Positions 61,459-64,000 of a stretch of 64,000 nucleotides of DNA are shown here, in pieces; the stretch's first letter is position 1, and every line of letters begins with the position of its first letter. The notes below the pieces were generated by a model. The model made no database searches. It worked only from the letters and a program-made list of their open reading frames with translations, and was not told the DNA's origin. This DNA comes from Macrostomum lignano (Eukaryota), in assembly GCA_002269645.1 (NCBI GenBank), contig NIVC01001384.1:1-64000 (forward strand). Direction: 5' to 3'. The position numbers were made by a program, and so were the translations under genes.

Positions 61459-63568
61459 TCAGTTGCTGTCGGTAATCCAATTCCAGCTCTGCGGATGGCG
61501 CTCTGAAGTGCAGTTTGGAGCGGAGCATCAAGTTCAATTGCGAGTGTTCCTTTCCATATCTTTCCTCTCTGTATCTCCCTCTCTGTATCTCCCTCTCTGT
61601 ATCTCCCTCTCTGTATCTCCCTCTCAGTATCTCCCACTCTACGTATCTCCCTCTCCGTATCTCCCTCTCCGTATCTCCCTCTCAGTATCTCCTTCTCCGT
61701 ATCTCCCACTCTCCGTATCTCCCTCTCAGTGTCTCCTTCTCCGTATCTCCCACTCTGTATCTCCCTCTCAGTATCTCCTTCTCCGTATCTCCCACTCTCC
61801 GTATCTCACTCTCTGTATCTCCCTCTCTGTATCTCCCTCTCTGTATCTCCCTCTCTGTATCTCCCTCTCTGTATCTCCCTCTCAGTATCTCCCACTCTAC
61901 GTATCTCCCTCTCCGTATCTCCCTCTCCGTATCTCCCTCTCAGTATCTCCTTCTCCGTATCTCCCACTCTCCGTATCTCCCTCTCAGTGTCTCCTTCTCC
62001 GTATCTCCCACTCTGTATCTCCCTCTCTGTATCTCCCTCTCTGTATCTCCCTCTCCATATCTCCCACTCCGTATCTCCCTCTCCGTATCTCCCTCTCCGT
62101 ATTTCCCTCTCCGTATCCCCCTCTCTCCGTAGATTTCTCAGGCTGCTATTAGCAATCGTTTTCTTAATCAACAAACTTGAATGCTCCTATTCTGCTGTCT
62201 AAGCCTGAAGCCCAGTTCAATTCATCGGTTGATGACTCAACCCCTCCCCCCCCCCTATTGAGCGTTTCTGTCTAAAAAGCTGCCTTTTAGCTTTTCTAAT
62301 AACTGAAGTCGGACCAGGCGTGAATAATGGGATTGGGATAATTTCCCGAAACGAAAAACTCCACGTTGCTACATATGGATGATGTAGAGCTTTGGGAGCT
62401 CACTGCAATTTCTCAGTTTTGGTGGTGGCTAATTAGATAATAATTCCCCCAATTAATACAAGTAACCTAATCTGCAGGTGCTAGATTAGCAATCCATTGT
62501 ATTCGTGCATCCTTGTGGGCTAGATTAGCAATCCATTCTATTCCTGCATCCTTGTGGGCTAGATTAGCAATCCATTCTATTCCTGCATCCCTGTGGGCTA
62601 GATTAGCAATCCATTCTATTCCTGCATCCTTGTGGGCTAGATTAGCAATCCATTCTATTCCTGCATCCTTGTGGGCTAGATTAGCAATCCACTCTATTCC
62701 TGCATCCTTGTGGGCTAGATTAGCAATCCATTGTATTCCTGCATCCTTGTGGGCTAGATTAGCAATCCATTCTATTCCTGCATCCTTGTGGGCTAGATTA
62801 GCAATCCATTCTATTCCTGCATCCTTGTGGGCTAGATTAGCAATCCATTCTATTCCTGCATCCTTGTGGGCTAGATTAGCAATCCATTCTATTCCTGCAT
62901 CCTTGTGGGCTAGATTAGCAATCCATTCTATTCCTGCATCCTTGTGGGCTAGATTAGCAATCCATTCTATTCCTGCATCCTTGTGGGCTAGATTAGCAAT
63001 CCACTCTATTCGTGCATCCTTGTGGGCTAGATTAGCAATCCATTCTATTCCTGCATCCTTGTGGGCTAGATTAGCAATCCATTCTATTCCTGCATCCTTG
63101 TGGGCTAGATTAGCAATCCATTCTGAGTTCAAATGAATCGCAGAATTGAACCACGGACTTACCCTCAGCCATCTCAATCAGCTTCATTTCTAATAGATGT
63201 TCAGCGACATTGCCGAATCGAGCCTCGGACCTCTTCCTGCCCGGATGCCACGAGTTGTGAAAGTGGACGCTGCGGAAGTAGGCGGGCCGGTCTTCGGAGG
63301 AGCCGCCGCCCCCGCCGCCGCCGCCCCCGCTGCTGCCACCCCCGCCGCCAGCCGGAGTCATCGACTGCTGCGGCTGCTGACTGCGACAGGCCGGTCCCCA
63401 GCTTCTGCACGGCATCAGGTTGAAGAAGCGTCGAGCTCTCGACAAAGTTGGCGAAGCCGAAGATGGCGGAGTAGCTAGACAGAGGCCGGTCAGCAGCAGC
63501 AGCAGCAGCGGCAGCAGGTGCAGCGGCGGCTGTCGTTTGTACAGCGCGCCATCGGCTGGCGAAGGCAT
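61459..63568 (-). CDS. Secreted neuropeptide precursor with a Cys-loop peptide and a GnRH/corazonin-like amidated peptide (~149 aa)
   Basis: Exon 1 63568-63163: signal peptide LHLLPLLLLLLTGLCLA, RR-FFNLMPCRSWGPAC-R, Gly-rich linker, R-SVHFHNSWHP-G-RKR, then G|GTAAGT donor. The putative last exon 61502-61459 (CACTTCAG acceptor, phase matches, ERHPQSWNWITDSN*) with AATAAA at 61378-61373 is less certain. Confidence 0.8.
61565..62125. repeat. Minisatellite, 14 bp unit (TATCTCCCTCTCTG/CG)
   Basis: Direct tandem copies. Confidence 0.95.
62470..63125. repeat. Minisatellite, 39 bp unit (GCTAGATTAGCAATCCATTCTATTCCTGCATCCTTGTGG)
   Basis: About 16 near-identical copies starting ~40 bp inside the neuropeptide intron. 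Confidence 0.98.
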
Positions 63569-63879
63569 GGCTGATGATGGAATAGTTTGAGCTGGCTGGT
63601 TCAATTGGATGACAGTCTCCGGGTCAGGCCTTCCAGATTGATGGCGAAGTTCGCGAGGGGCGGCTTGATTTTATTTTTGGCAGAGGGAATGCCCGGGGAA
63701 TCAGGGGGATTGGCTAACTGGGAGTCGGGCCACTCATCCACTCGCTACACCTGGCTGCGATCACAGAAAATTGTTTTGAGTCACTGTTAGCCAACTCTGA
63801 GTTGATGTGAAACCTGGCACAGCTGCTGAAGCAGCTGTAGAACAAAAATGGATCACTGATTTCTGTTTCTTCGCCATCC

Positions 63880-64000
63880 ACTTTGTCACTTTTTATCTTG
63901 TCACTCTCCACCTTGTCAGGTTCCGTCTTGTCACTCTCTCCCTTATCAGGTTCCGTCTTGTCACTCTCTAACTTGTCAGGTTCCGTCTTGTCACTCTCTC
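63880..64000. repeat. Tandem repeat, ~31 bp unit (TCAGGTTCCGTCTTGTCACTCTCT core), runs off the window
   Basis: 3-4 copies visible. Confidence 0.85.

Noticed and set aside
17946-63125. 30-39 bp repeat arrays superficially resembling CRISPR arrays
   Set aside because: The units are head-to-tail with no unique spacers, there are no cas genes, and the context is eukaryotic.

Overview
Eukaryotic (animal) genomic DNA, not prokaryotic: GC-rich spliced genes separated by minisatellite-filled introns, one 938-bp N gap (39221-40158) and at least two 1-nt frameshifts that look like long-read assembly errors. The repeat style and a flatworm-type GPCR suggest a free-living flatworm such as Macrostomum (inference, not proven). 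Six protein-coding genes are supported: an intronless class I SAM-dependent methyltransferase-like ORF (11956-12861 +); a repetitive neuropeptide precursor releasing LFGTPDRY-type peptides (16327-16881 +); an 8-exon Kirre/Neph1/SYG-1-like 5-Ig adhesion receptor (21007-31559 -); a 4-exon rhodopsin-class peptide-receptor-like GPCR (48453-51451 +); a 2-exon KChIP/calsenilin-like EF-hand protein (53712-57866 +); and a secreted precursor with a disulfide-loop peptide plus a GnRH/corazonin-like SVHFHNSWHP-amide in a non-canonical position (63568-63163 -, probable last exon 61502-61459). The first ~11.9 kb is a different compartment: nested decayed transposons (an RTE-like LINE fragment, two hAT-like MITEs with 8-bp TSDs, a Sola-like MITE) and a decayed exon. 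CpG is almost erased there, and part of the decay reaches TpA, which points to CpA as well as CpG deamination (RIP-like or non-CpG-methylation signature). The rest is tRNA-derived SINEs, a Penelope-like GIY-YIG fragment, a possible solo LTR and about 25 distinct tandem arrays. No CRISPR array, rRNA or genuine tRNA gene was found.
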